Under the pieces are notes generated by a model that was not told the origin of the DNA, did not search any database, and saw only the letters and a list, made by a program, of their open reading frames with translations. This document shows, one piece after another, positions 10,932 through 23,650 of a stretch of DNA of 64,000 bases. A program made the position numbers and the translations under genes. Position 1 is the first letter of the stretch. Each line of letters starts with the position of its first letter. The DNA is from Heteronotia binoei (taxonomy: Eukaryota): assembly GCF_032191835.1 (NCBI RefSeq), contig NC_083227.1:167214001-167278000 (forward strand), read 5' to 3'.

Positions 10932-12537
10932 TGAACATATATGAACATATGAGGCTGCCTTATACTGAATCAGACCCACTTGGTCCATCAAAGTCAGTAT
11001 TGTCTACTCAAATCAAATCAAATCAAATTTTATTCTTATATCCCGCCCTCCCCCACCAGAAGGCGGGCTCAGGGCGGCTCACAGACATGACACGTCATGA
11101 TTTCAATTAAAACAAATAAACAACATTTTAATATAATACAGTTACATAAATAGATTAAAATAGATAAAAATAGGTGCTATAAATTCTGTCGTCCCAATTA
11201 CATACTATCAAACATCAGTTACAATTGCACATAAGATGGCTAAAGTTACGATGATTTAATCAGTTTAGTCTGGTCCTAATTCAAATGCGAGCTGGAAAAG
11301 AGAGGTTTTGCAAGCCCTGCGGAACTGGTTCAGGTCCCGCAGGGCTCGCACCCCCTCTGGGAGTTGGTTCCACCAGCGAGGGGCCACTAATGAAAAGGCT
11401 TGCTCCCGAGTTATCTTCATTCTGGCCTCTCTTGGCCCAGGGATTTGTAGGAGGTTTTGGGAGCTAGATCTTAACGCTCTCCTGGGGATATATGAGGAGA
11501 GGCGGTCCCTAAGGTAGGCAGGTCCTCGGCCATATAGACTGGCCCTCATGGATGACCTCCAGCGGCAACTGGATCGGGGCGGCTCAGCGGTATTGCTGCT
11601 GCTCGACCTGTCGGCGACTCAGACTGGCAGCGGCTCTCCAGGGTCTCAAGCTGAGGTTTTTCACACCTATTTGCCTGGACCCTTTTTTGGAGATGCCAGG
11701 GATTGAACCTGGGACCTTCTGCTTCCCAAGCAGATTGTCTACCACTGAGCCACCGTCCCTCCCCTGACCAGCAGTGGCTCTCCAGGGTCTCAAGCCCCCG
11801 TCCCTCTCCTTAAACCAGTACTGTCTACTGAGACTGGCAGCAGCTCTCCAGGGTCTCAAGCTGAGGTTTTTCACACCTATTTGCCTGGACCCTTTTTTGG
11901 AGATGCCAGGGATAGAACCTGGGACCTTCTGCTTACCAAGCAGATGCTCTGCCACTGAGCCACCGTCCCTCCCCTAACTGGCAGGGGCTCTCCGGGGTCT
12001 CAAGCTGACGTTTTTCACACCTATTTGCCTGAACCCTTTTTAGTTGGAGATGCCAGGGATTGAACCTGGGACCTTCTGCTTCCCAAGCAGATGCTCTACC
12101 GCTGAGCCACCGTCCCTCCCCTAACTGGCAGCGGCTCTCCGGGGTCTCAAGCTGACGTTTTTCACACCTATTTGCCTGGACCCTTTTTAGTTGGAGATGC
12201 CAGGGATTGAACCTGGGACCTTCTGCTTCCCAAGCAGATGCTCTACCACTGAGCCACCGTCCCTCCCCTGCTCTCCAGGGTCTTGAGCAGAGGTTTTTCA
12301 CGCCTATTTGCCTGGACCCTTTTGAGTTGGAGATGCCGGGGATTGAACCTGGGACCTTCTGCATGCCAAGCAGATGCTCTGCCACTGAGCCACTGTCCCT
12401 CCCCTGCTCTCCAGGGTCTCAAGCTGACGTTTTTCACACCTATTTGCCTGGACCCTTTTTAGTTGGAGATGCCGGGGATTGAACCTGGGACCTTCTGCTT
12501 CCCAAGCAGATGCTCTACCACTGAGCCACCGTCCCTC
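10932..12537 (-). mobile_element. Squam3-like SINE multimer (6 tRNA heads) interrupted by an L2 insertion
   Basis: Tail at 10932-11010; SINE resumes at 11617; head motif gagccac near 11747, 11957, 12104, 12251, 12387 and 12523. Confidence 0.88.
11011..11616 (-). mobile_element. L2-clade LINE insertion with inverted 5' segment
   Basis: Minus-strand 3' part LYGRGPAYLRDRLSSYIPRRALRSS with (aaatc)n-type tail; plus-strand piece 11542-11616 encodes ALMDDLQRQLDRGGSAVLLLLDLSA; direct repeat actca at 11006-11010 and 11617-11621. Confidence 0.85.
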
Positions 12538-13641
12538 ACCGTCCACTGTACATTGTTGCCAGTGGATGGTCCATAGGAGGAAGGACTGTGTGAAGATGGT
12601 TGTTGCCGGTGGACGCTGCCAGTCAGGGAATCTTTGCCCTTCTGTACTGAAAAGTAGATCTGTAGATTTGTCTTTTTAAAAAAGTGTAATGATTTAACAA
12701 AGTGCCAAGTTTTTTGCTGTATTAGAAGAAGGAAGTCTTGATGAATTGAATTGCTTAAAAAGCACAAAACTAGGTGAGCGTTTTAATGATGTAGGTTAGC
12801 TAAAAAAACCCTGTCAGAACCTTTTAAAAATTGCTGAAGCAGGTTGTATTGCTCATTGAATCACAGACACATGAATAGGTGTGGCAGCATTTGCATGATC
12901 ACATGGCACATGGGGAGATTTGTACTTTAACAGTCCTTTGGAGGAGCCGACTACTTGTGACAAAATAATGCAATTTGAGCATTTACAAAGTTGTTTTTAT
13001 GTATGGACTGTGATCTTATCAGGCTGTGCACATAGATGGCATTAGTATGCTCTGGGGAAGAAGCAAGTTTCACTAGGCAGGCTATATTAACTTCATCCCT
13101 TGCCTTATTTATTTATATACTTAATTTATTATATCCCATCTTTCTCCCCAGTGGGGTCTGAAACTGTCTTACATAATTCTGTTTTACCCTTGCAATGACC
13201 CTGTGAGATAGACTATGTTGAGACTATGTGACTGGTCCAAGGTCACCCCAGCAAGCTTCTGTGGAAGAGTGGGGATGTGAACTTCGGTCTCCTAGATACT
13301 AGTCTGGCCCTCAAACCACTGTACATTACTGGCCATCTCACAACTAGGATGAAGAACCTTTCTCCCTCAAAAAGCTATGTAGCAAACTTCCAGTTGATTG
13401 ATATGGTGCACTGAAAAAGAAAGCTGTGCACATCTTTATATAGACATAGATTCTTGCTCCTTTGTACACATGTTCATCTCTGTCTGTATCATTTTCGTTT
13501 AGTTGTGTACAGCAGTGAAACTGTCTTACATAATTCTCTATTTTATCCTTACAATGACCCTGTGAGATAGACTATGTTGAAACTATATGACTGGTGTGTG
13601 GGAGAGAGGAGCCCTTTGTATTTTTTCATATTACTATAGAA

Positions 13642-14281
13642 CAGGGGTGGGGAACCTCCATCCCGGGGGCCATATGCGGTCTTGTCACTTGGTGTGGCCC
13701 TCGGGGATTGCTGGACTGACCTGAGCCATGTGGCAGCCTCTCTTGGACCTGGCTGGCCAGTGAGGATTATAGGGCCCAGCTGCGCTGTGCAGCAGCCTCC
13801 CCAGGGCCAGGCAGGGATCACAGGGCCCAGATGTACTGTGCAGCAACCTCCCTGGGGCCTGGCTGGCTGGCCAGAATTGCTGCAGGGCCTGGAAAAGTTA
13901 CTGTCACAGTTCAGTTTGCACTTGATTATCCCAGATGGTGTGGCCAAATATGCAAATGAATGTGTGACCTAATATGCTAATATTAGGGGATGTGCTCTAA
14001 TATGCTACCGAGTTCCTGCTGGACTTTTTCTAGGAAAAAAAAAAGCCCTGGACCTATGCATTTGCCTAGGGCGGCAGGCCGGGTGTGTGTGTGCGCGCGC
14101 CAGATTAGGCTCTCCCCACATGACTTCAAATAGAAAAACAAATATTTGCATTAATTTTGCAGGCCTGAATCATCCTCCCTCGGCGGAGCACCGTTTTTTA
14201 AGTTGATAATTTTTTATGGCCCGCGAATGATGTTATAAATATCCATATGGCCCTTGGCAGAAAAAGGGTTCCCCACCCCTG
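13642..14281. mobile_element. hAT (Charlie-like) non-autonomous element
   Basis: TIRs caggggtggggaacc / ggttccccacccctg; perfect 8-bp TSD ctatagaa. Confidence 0.88.
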
Positions 14282-14544
14282 CTATAGAAAATCCAGTTTG
14301 GTCTTCGGGGCTATGTTTTGCCACCCTTAAAGATAGCTGTCTTCTGATAGGTTTGCCTACATATGCCTCATGTTGAGATAGTTACCAGTCATTCAAAACA
14401 CAATTCTGTGTACTTCCTTAATCAAAATTGTCCATAAACCATTAGAAATAATGCGCAGATTTCACGGTATTGGGGCATTGGCTTGCTATACAACTGTTTG
14501 AATGACTTGTGAGAACTGTACCTACAAATGTAGTGTTGAATCCT

Positions 14545-14630
14545 GCCTCCTCCTCCTCCTCCTCCTCCTCTTCTTCTTCTTCTTCTTCTCCTTCTCCTTC
14601 TTCTTTCTTCTTCTTCTTTCTTCTTCTTCT
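14545..14630. repeat. (CCT)n(CTT)n trinucleotide microsatellite
   Basis: Directly visible. Confidence 0.95.
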
Positions 14631-14981
14631 AAAAAAAGTCTTCTCCTGGCTTAAGCAAATGGCTTCCCTTTTGAGTATAAAGTGATTTTGATACATTTTT
14701 TTAAAAAATTAAGGAAGAGGTTTGAAGTGTTTCAAGAGCAGGGAAGAGTACATCATGCGAGAGAGTTGCATTGGAGGTTTTGGGATTGCTTCTTCTCCCA
14801 TAGACTCTGGGGAAAGTACTCTGAACGTTGACCTGGAACGGCATGAAATATGCCGCAGGGAAGTGTAAAATCTTTAATCTTGCTCCAGTCTTGATATTGC
14901 TGTGGATAGAAATAATGTTTTATTTTCAAGCATAGTATCATGCTTTCTTTCTCTCCTAATTGGAAATTCTTCCATTTATAG

Positions 14982-15087
14982 GTACAAGCCTCCATCTACA
15001 GAGAGCAATCCTACCTTGGAAGACCCTACACCAGACTACATGAACCTTCTGGGAATGATTTTCAGCATGTGTGGCTTAATGCTGAAA
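14982..15087 (+). CDS. WDR83OS: WDR83OS exon 2 (106 nt)
   Basis: ttatag|G TAC AAG... encodes [35 protein letters not shown]; ends |gtaagc. Confidence 0.97.
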
Positions 15088-18000
15088 GTAAGCAGTGGGC
15101 AGTTAGTCCTTTGACTTCAGGGCATCAGGAATTGTGCAGATCACGTACAATATTCCTTCAGCTGCTTATTATTGTATAACTAATACATTTGATATTCGAT
15201 GGTATAGTTCTGCAGAGCTTCAGACAATCCGTCTTTAAACACTCTGTGTAAAGAGTCGCAATTAGAAATAAAGACTTTTGTGCCAGAGTACATCTCTTTT
15301 CTTCTAGATAAGGCCTTCCTTCCGTAGCTCACTCAGGAGGGCAAACCCCCCCCCAGAAGATCCTCACCTCCCTGAAGAAAGGGTTCATGTCTTGTCGGGT
15401 GGGGGAAGAATACTTTGGCAAACAGTTTTTTCAAAGTAAGAAGATACTGTGCTGTCAGCATTTGATGGTGTACAGTTGTCTTTGCTTAACTCGGTTAAAT
15501 GTCTAGAAGATGCTAGAGCATTTATTTATTTGATTTATATCCCGCCCTCCCAGCCGAAGCAGGCTCAGGGCAGCTCACAGCATAAAAACCACAACAAACA
15601 ATTTAAAATCGATACATATTATAAAAATTACACGTTCACTAGTTAAAACAATCAGAAATATTGTATTAGTATGTATTAGTGCTGAAGAAACAGGTCTACT
15701 TGATGTCAAATCCTGCTTTTTATTATCTTCATTTTGTATAGAAATTGTGTCTCTGCTTCAACTGGGTCGATCTTGCCATGCTGATCCATTGCTCGATAAC
15801 TTCATGGTTGGACGATTGTACTGCACTGTACACGGGGCTATTCGCAAGACAGTTAAAAATTGAGCTGATATAAAGTACAGCAGCTGGTTTGTGATTCTGA
15901 GCTAGCTGCACTTCACCTATTCTGAACATTCTTCAGTGTCTGTCTGCTGGCTTCTGTGTTCAGTTCAAGATGCTGGTTTTTACCTTTGTGGGCCCAAGGC
16001 CATAAAAGCCTTTATATCTTCAGGACTGCTGCTCCCAATGAGCTCCTTTGCGGCAGCTCTGTTTTGTGGATCAAAGCTTGCTGAGAATGCCATCACGTGG
16101 ATAAGTTAAAAATGCTGCTGCCTGGTTTAGGAGTTGTTGCAGAACAGACTTGCTTTGGCCTGCAGGCCCTATTCTACCCTGTCCTCCTAGCTTTTTCTCA
16201 ACACCTGGAGAGGCTTTTCTCTTTCTTTCCAGTAACTCGCCTTACCCTTGTAGGAACTACCTGCTGGGAGGGTCGGGACTCCCAGCTTCCCTTCCAAGTT
16301 CTGAGGCCTTGCCTCTGTGTCTCCTGCTGCCCAGTGCCTGGTCACCTTGTGCACCCCTGGAAGAATAGCTGCTTGCCGATTGCCAGCCTTCACCTCAGTG
16401 CTCCTTTTAAAACAGTGTGTTCGAGACAGTGGATGTCTATGTGGTACAGAGAACCACTGCTTGCATTCAAAAGTTATAAAGTATTTATTAAAAAGAAAAT
16501 GTTTACAAGCATACTGTTAGCACAGCACCAGATTGAGCGAGGGATTCTAAAAGAAATGGGTAAAATGCAAATCCCCTGTCTGACTGCCATCTGTCTCTCT
16601 CTCTATGTGTATACACACACACGTGCTGTAAATAAAGATCTGTGTACCCAAATGGGCCCATAGGAAAGAAGTACATCATGGGGGTATTTGGAATCCTCGA
16701 TTGGCTCTGGTGTCAGAATTAGCTATACATACCAAAACAGGAAAGATTGCAGAGGACAAAACAGTGCTGTGTAGCAACACAGACTTAGCATGCATGACAC
16801 CCCAGGTTCAAGTTCTTTGTGGCTCTAGTTACAAGGCAGCCCTGAAAGGAAACCCAAAAGTAGCTGAGATTGTGCACTAAGACGCAATCACTGAGGAAAG
16901 TCTCCTCATATCAATTGTCTGTCTCAGACTTCAACTACTTGGCTTAGCTTCTTATGTAAACATTTATTTGCTGTGTTCAACAAGATCTCGACCATTGCTT
17001 GCTGCCGTTCATCCCAGCACCCCTTGTGGGGCTTGTACTGACATGAGTTGCTATCTTAAGCGTTTCACATCCTGGCTATAGGATGGCATTCCTAGGTAGC
17101 AGTCCTAAGCAGAAGTAAATCTCATTTTATTCAGTGGGACTTACTCCAAGGAAAGTGTTTTTACGATTGCAGCCTTGATTGTTTTTTTGAAAAGCACCTA
17201 AGGTAAAAAATGGCCGGGTCTTAGTAAAATCAAATGTTCAAACATAACTATTACGGTGTTTGGATGAATCCTTTCTTAAGGATTACCTGCAGTAACTACC
17301 ACTGTTCTCACCTCCATAGAGGTGAGAATTAAAATTGTGCTAAGGGCGCTACAAAACTGCTGTATCCAGTTTAATATCAAAAGTTTTCCGAAATGGTGAC
17401 ATCCTGCGACCACACGTAATAAAAAAGCATTCAGCTCCAGCTCTTCTTTATTTAAAGTAAAATTCCAGAAAAATGCCTTTTGCATCTTAAACATCACAGA
17501 TAATTAAAACAAGCAGGGGACCACATGGACGTGGGGCGAGGGTCTCATTTCCCCCTCCCCCACTATTTCTTCATTCCCTTTCTTGAAAACCCCCCATATC
17601 TGATCCTACTTTCCTACCTCTTTCCACCCACCAGTGAACTGACTTTTATATCACCCCCACGCACACCTGTCTTCTGCCCCCCTCTACTGTTGGGAGCCTC
17701 TCCCTGGGAAATGTCTGGCCAAGCTCCTGCAGCTGGGCCAGGCCGAGTTGCTTGATGGGGAACCTGCAAGGACTTGCAATTGGCACCTCAGTTTCCCCTC
17801 TGTCTCCCTCTCAATGCTGTTTCTTCTTCCTCTTAGCCAGGCAGTTCCCATATCCTCACCATTCAGTTTCCTTCTCTCTTCCCCCCTCACTGACCAGTCT
17901 ACACTTTCTTTCGCCCCTCCATCTTCAGCAGTATTTATTTACGACATTTATACCTGTCTTTCTCCTCATGATGGACCAAAGACAGCTTCCATAACCCCTT

Positions 18001-19371
18001 TCCATTTCATCTTCACAACAGCCCTGTTGTGTAGCAGAGGCTGAAAGTGTGTAACTAGCCCAGGGCCACACAGCAGGCTTCCACGCTAGAGTAGGGAATC
18101 AAACTAGGTTCCTCTCAGTCCTAGTCTGAAACACTAAGGCTGCTAACAGACAGGCATTTTGGGGTGGTTGGGAGGTGTTCCGATTTGGGCCGGCTCAAAA
18201 AGAGCCATCCCGAGGCCTCCACACACTCTCCAGCAAAGCGCCTCCATCCCATCTGCCAGGTGGCTGGGCGCCTCCAGACACAGAAGCGCCTCAGAAGCCG
18301 GACCGCTCTTTCTTCCCCCAACAAGTTAAGCGCTCATGTGCTCGAGTGCTCTTGACAGTTTTAGCAGGGGGAAAGGCAGGAGCAGCTCAAGGGTGGCTTG
18401 GCGTTTTCACACAGTCAAGTTGCCTCACATCCACCCTGCCGCTTCCAGATGGCAAGGAGGTGACTGGTGGTCAGTTCAAAGATTTACTACCACTTTGAAA
18501 GCGGTAGCTTTTTGAGCCACTCTGAGGAGTCTGGAGGACAGGGGGAGTACGGGATGGGGACGGGCAGCAGATGTTGCTGTCTGGAGGGATTTTGTGGGTC
18601 GATATCGGAGGCATCTCTGAGTTGACCCAAAGTGCTGGTCTGTTAGCACTCTAACTGTTGCTCAGTTTGGTTTCCGTGGGGTGGCTGCTGTTGAACAGTA
18701 GCAAGCAGCTGGGTCTGAGTGAGTCATGCAAATTGTGTGGTAGCAATTCATTTGGTGGTTGCTGCCAGGCCTGACTCTGATGAGTCCTTCCTCAAAGACC
18801 CAACAGCCCTGGAAAGGGCCTACCCCCCCCCCCCACCACCTTTTTACTAAGAGAAAGCAAGCAGTGGCCAAAAGAGGGCATTTGTTTCTTCAGGCAATTA
18901 TTATTTAAAGTTTCTACTATTGGATTTTTTAATCCTCAGTGGGGTGTGTTTTTTTTTTTTAAGATTTCAGATTTTTCTGCCAATCTGGGGCTTTTTCAGG
19001 TTTGTAGAAAAATATGTCTTGATTGTGCGTGGCTTCTGTCCTCAGATTTAAGTAGCTACAGATGTGGTCATATTGATGATTAGAAATACTGATACCTATT
19101 TGAATGTGTGCGTTAACTACATGAACAGGGTTGCTTCCGTCCTTGAGAAGAGACAGACTCTCACCATTCCACAGTTAAGGATACATCTATTTCCAATTCT
19201 GACATATGCTATATTTGTCCTTCCCCCACCAGTTGAACCCAAGCAGATGATAGCCATATATACTAAGGTTATTATTCTTTTAATCTGTTAAAAACACTTT
19301 CGTTATTCTGCATGCTAATTTAGTGTCCACCCCTCTATATGTATGAATGTTATTTCTATTTCCATTTCATT

Positions 19372-19615
19372 TTATCTGAGGAAGTGTGTGTGCACACAAA
19401 AGCTCATACCTTGTATAAAACTTAGTTAGACTTGAAGGGGCCAATGGACTCAAACGTTGTTCTTTTGTCAAAGAATTCAGGTTTTCACGGCTGGTAACAT
19501 CATTAGGGTTTGTAGAATCTTTCGGGATCAAGTGCCGTGTTCTACTGGAGAAAGTTTTCCTTCCAGACGTTTCGTTCTCAGCTGAGAATCCCGAAAGATT
19601 CTACAAACCCTAATG
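19372..19615. mobile_element. Penelope-like element terminal fragments (hammerhead relic and inverted repeat)
   Basis: CTGAGGAA-GTGTG-tgtg-CACAC-aAAAGCTC at 19376-19405; 28-bp perfect inverted repeat 19501-19528 / 19588-19615 enclosing gacgtttcg. Confidence 0.6.
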
Positions 19616-20046
19616 TCGTTCTTTTGCTTCAAACCAACACAGCTGCCCACCTGGGTCTCTACTTGTGCTGTTTGTGGACACACTGAACATCCCTGACATT
19701 TGAAATACCCACGGATCATGTGCTCATCTTATCATTTGAGAGCTACGTGTGTGTGCTATTAATACATTCCTAATTTGTTGTTGTAAGTCAGAAACAACTT
19801 GATGGCATATAGCACATGCAGTTTTTTAGAAGCCAAGTATATTTCATCATTTGTGTGGCCGCTGTGTTTAAGTGAACTTGGTCTAGCAAAATTATCCTTC
19901 TTTAAAACGGGATCCACTTCCTGTCTTTACTAGAAAGCAAGGTGGGGTGTTTTTGATGGTTTTATACCTGTACTGGAGATGAGGTTGTGTTTCTAAACTG
20001 TGATTCCATTGAGGGTTTTTCAATATTTATCCCATGATTTTTGCAG

Positions 20047-20144
20047 CTCAAGTGGTGTGCCTGGATTGCTGTCTACTGCTCGTTTATCAGCTTTGCCAAC
20101 TCAAGGAGCTCAGAAGACACCAAACAGATGATGAGCAGCTTCAT
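20047..20144 (+). CDS. WDR83OS: WDR83OS exon 3 (98 nt)
   Basis: ttgcag|CTC AAG TGG... encodes [32 protein letters not shown]; ends AT|gtgagt. Confidence 0.97.
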
Positions 20145-21239
20145 GTGAGTCAGTTACTTATTTCTTTCATTAGTTTATTTATTCCTGGCTACATTTCTCA
20201 TCACTACTGCTGAGTAAAGAGAAGGTGTTAGCCTTCTTAAATACCTAAGGAAGTTGAAACCATTTGAAAATGCAGTGACCAATGGACACTCAGCCCTAAA
20301 TTTTCTTTTTGAAGCAACTGTAACGTATGAGGCACACTGTTACCTTTCATATGCAGGTGTGCCTGGAAGCCCCTATGTAGTCTACCGTTCTGTGCAGCCA
20401 CATTCCCAGCTGCAAAGAATATTTATTTCTGCTTCCAAGTAGATCATGCTGTACCAACTTGAGCCGTGTCCACTTTACAACAAAGCCTGTCTCCTCCTGT
20501 GGCACCTCTCATCTCATGCTCAGTGGCCTTTCCTGTGTGTGCGCATCACCACAGACCTGACTGTTAGCTCCTATGATGGAAAAAGGTACTTAATGGCCCT
20601 GTTCACACAGCGTGTTGAGTCGCTGTTCAACTGAGCCAGTTCTGTTCCGAATATCTTTGTTCCGGATATTATCGATCAGACTGCCGTACTGCAATTCGAA
20701 TCACTCTGTAGTGAAACCATCTTCTGCTGTCCACACAGCAGTTTTTTCCTCTACTTTTATGCGCATTATGCACATAGGTTAAAACATTACGTGGTTATGC
20801 AGTTATGCGCACATCGCTAAGTAGTAAAAAAAAATGGCGACCGTAAACCGGATGCCTGAGGCTCCTTTTGCTCCGGGACAGCCTTCAGACATCCAGAAGT
20901 TGGTCGAGAACTATTCAAACGGGGAAACTACGAGGTGAAACCGGAGAACTTAAAAAACACCGCAAAAGAGCAGGTAACAAAATACTCCGGTTCCGAAAAG
21001 GATTGGGGGGTTGGGGGGGAGCTACTACGAGTTAATACTGGGAGGCAGATGTTGCTGTCCGATCAGCCACTTTTACTCCAGTATGAAACAGCAGCGACAA
21101 CTGATTATACTGTGCGTCCGAACAGCCCCAAGATGTGATTTTATTCTTGTTGTTCTGAACAACCCTCATTATGGGTCTTGAGTCAGAACCACCAAGGATA
21201 TCCTTATAAAATTACTATACATAATATTTCACAACTGTG

Positions 21240-22085
21240 AGATGGGGTGTGAACTGGCAGAGCTGACCAAGAGAGAGATCTTGGGATTGTGATAGATAGC
21301 TCTCTGAAAATGTCAAGACAGTGTGCGATTGCAATAAAAAGGCCAACGCCATGCTGGGAATTATTAGGAAGGGAATTGAAAACAAATCGGCCAGTATCAT
21401 AATGCCCCTGCATAAATCAATGGTGCGGTCTCATTTGGAGTACTGTGTACAATTCTAGTCAGCACACCTCAAAAAGGATATAACATTGGAAAAAGTCCAG
21501 AACAGGGCAACTAGAATGATTAAAGGTTTGGAACACTTTCCCTATGAAGAAAGGTTAAAACGCTTGGGCTCTTTAGCTTGGAGAAATGTCGACTGCAGGG
21601 TGACAAGATAGAGGTTTACAAGATTATGCATGGGATGGAGAAAGCAGAGAAAGAAGTACTTTTCTCCCTTTCTCACAATACAAGAACTCATGGGCATTCA
21701 ATGAAATTGCTGAGCAGTCGGGTTAAAACAGATAAAAGGAAGTACTTCTTCACCCAAAGGGTGATTAACATGTGGAATTCACTGCCACAGGAGGTGGTGG
21801 CGGCTACAAGCATAGCCCGTTTCAAGAGGGGATTGGATAAAAATATGGAGCAGAGGTCCATCAGTGGCTATTAGCCGCTGTATATTATTGGAACTGTCTG
21901 GGGCAGTGATGCTCTGTATTCTTGGTGCTTGGGCGGGGGGCAAAATGGAAGGGCTTCTAGACCCACTTGTTAACCTCCTGATGGCACTTGGGTTGTTTGT
22001 TTGTTTTTTGCCACTGTGTGACACAGAGTGTTGGACTGGATGGGCCATTGGCCTGATCCAACATGTCTTCTCTTATGTTCTTATG
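21240..22085 (+). mobile_element. CR1 LINE, 5'-truncated
   Basis: Near-identical to the 6333-7143 family; ends ttctcttatgttcttatg. Confidence 0.92.
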
Positions 22086-22514
22086 TTGGATTAATACATA
22101 CTGCATACTAAATTCTTGATTGGTTTCTGCAATAAATGGTTTCAATTTTGGAACAGGTTTCTCTCTTCCTCAAATTATGGGGTTCTTGCTAGTTTCAACA
22201 CCCCCCCCCTTTCAAGCTGGGTAGAATGGGGAGTTCCTATACTCCTAAATTCCCTAATAGTGCACACCTCCTAAGGGTAGCAGTACATATCACTTTCATA
22301 AGGGAAGAATGACCAAAGTGAAAGCCAAGGAATTGATTGTTTAGTATGTTAAAAGGTTTTTGGCTAACATACAGGTTTTTAGAGCTGAAATGTATTTTGA
22401 GATTCTTCCATCCTATTTCATAATTTGATTCTGTTGATATCAACACTTGGTTGCTCTTGACAGAGTAATAGCAGGACTGTGCTCTAATTGTCTCTTTCCC
22501 TCTCTCATCTCCAG

Positions 22515-22581
22515 GCTATCTATCTCTGCTGTTGTGATGTCCTATCTGCAAAACCCTCAGCCCATGTCTCCTCCTTGGTGA
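22515..22581 (+). CDS. WDR83OS: WDR83OS exon 4 CDS (67 nt including TGA)
   Basis: ccag|G CTA TCT... encodes [21 protein letters not shown]; total CDS 321 nt = 106 aa; candidate polyA signal ATTAAA at 22741. Confidence 0.97.
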
Positions 22582-22869
22582 AAGGATAACTTTTATCTGC
22601 AGATGTCTGCTTTTATAGAGCAGAATGAAGTCCTTGTTGAAGGAAAAGGATGTTTTTCTCAGGCAATCCAAAATCTGTTCGCACAAGCAGTGTTGCATAA
22701 TTTTGGGAGTACGTGTTTAGATGTCAATAACATGACGGCTATTAAAGATGCTTTGGGTGCAGTGCTGGGTTGTCTCAGTTGTATTAACAGCATGTTTTGC
22801 TCGAACACCAGGTTAGTTCTTAGCCCACCAAATATATGAAGTGCTCTCACTGCTGGTAGAGTTGGCCTC

Positions 22870-23650
22870 AGATTTGCAGATGACACCACTCTAATGGCAG
22901 GAAGTGAGAGGGGCCTAAAGAACCTCTTGTTGAGGGTGAAAGAGGAGAGCACAAAAGTAAGCTTGAACTCAACATCAAAAAAAACTAAGATCGTGGCATC
23001 TGGCCCCATCACACCTTGGCAAATAGAAGGGGAAGACATGGAAGTAGTGACAGACTTCACATTTCTGCGATCCAAGATCACTGCAGATGGTGACTGTAGC
23101 CATAGAATTAAAAGATGTTTGCTCCTTGGGAGGACAGCTATGGCGAACGTGGGCAGTATAATAAAAAGCAGAGACATCACCCTGCCAACAAAAGTCCATA
23201 TAGTCAAAGCTATGGCATTCCCAGTAGTAATATATGGCTGTGAGAGCTGGACCATAAGGAAGGCCGAGTGCAGAAGAATAGATGCTTTTGAGCTGTGGTG
23301 CTGGAGAAGGCTCTTGAGAGTCCCTTGGACTGCAAGAAGATCCAATCAGTCAGTCCTAAGGGAAATCAACCCAGACTGTTCCCTGGAAGGTCAGATGCTG
23401 AAGCTGAAGCTCAGATACTTTGGCCACCAAATGAGAAGGGAGCACTCCCTGGAGAAGATCCTGATGCTGGGAAAGACAGAAGGCAAAAGCAGAAGGGGAC
23501 GGCAAAAGATGAGATTCTTGGACAGCATTACTGATGTAACTAACACAAATTTGAGTAGACTTCGGAGGATGGTGGAAGACAAAGAGGGCCTGGCGAGACT
23601 TTGTCCAGGGGGCTCCCAAAGAGTCGGACTCGACTGTGTGACTGAACAAC
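22870..23650 (+). mobile_element. RTE-BovB LINE 3' fragment
   Basis: ORF with LKNLLLRVKEES..., YGCESWTIRKAE..RIDAFELWCWRRLLRVPWTARRSNQS; ends actgaacaac. Confidence 0.93.

Noticed and set aside
14750-15930. Possible nested antisense gene in WDR83OS introns (strong minus-strand acceptor near 14905, short Cys-containing frames)
   Set aside because: No consistent exon chain or recognisable protein could be assembled; donors are weak.
20595-21128. PIF/Harbinger-like MITE with a YY1-like AAAATGGCG motif
   Set aside because: TIR match is loose and there is no 3-bp TSD; probably a repeat but not assignable.
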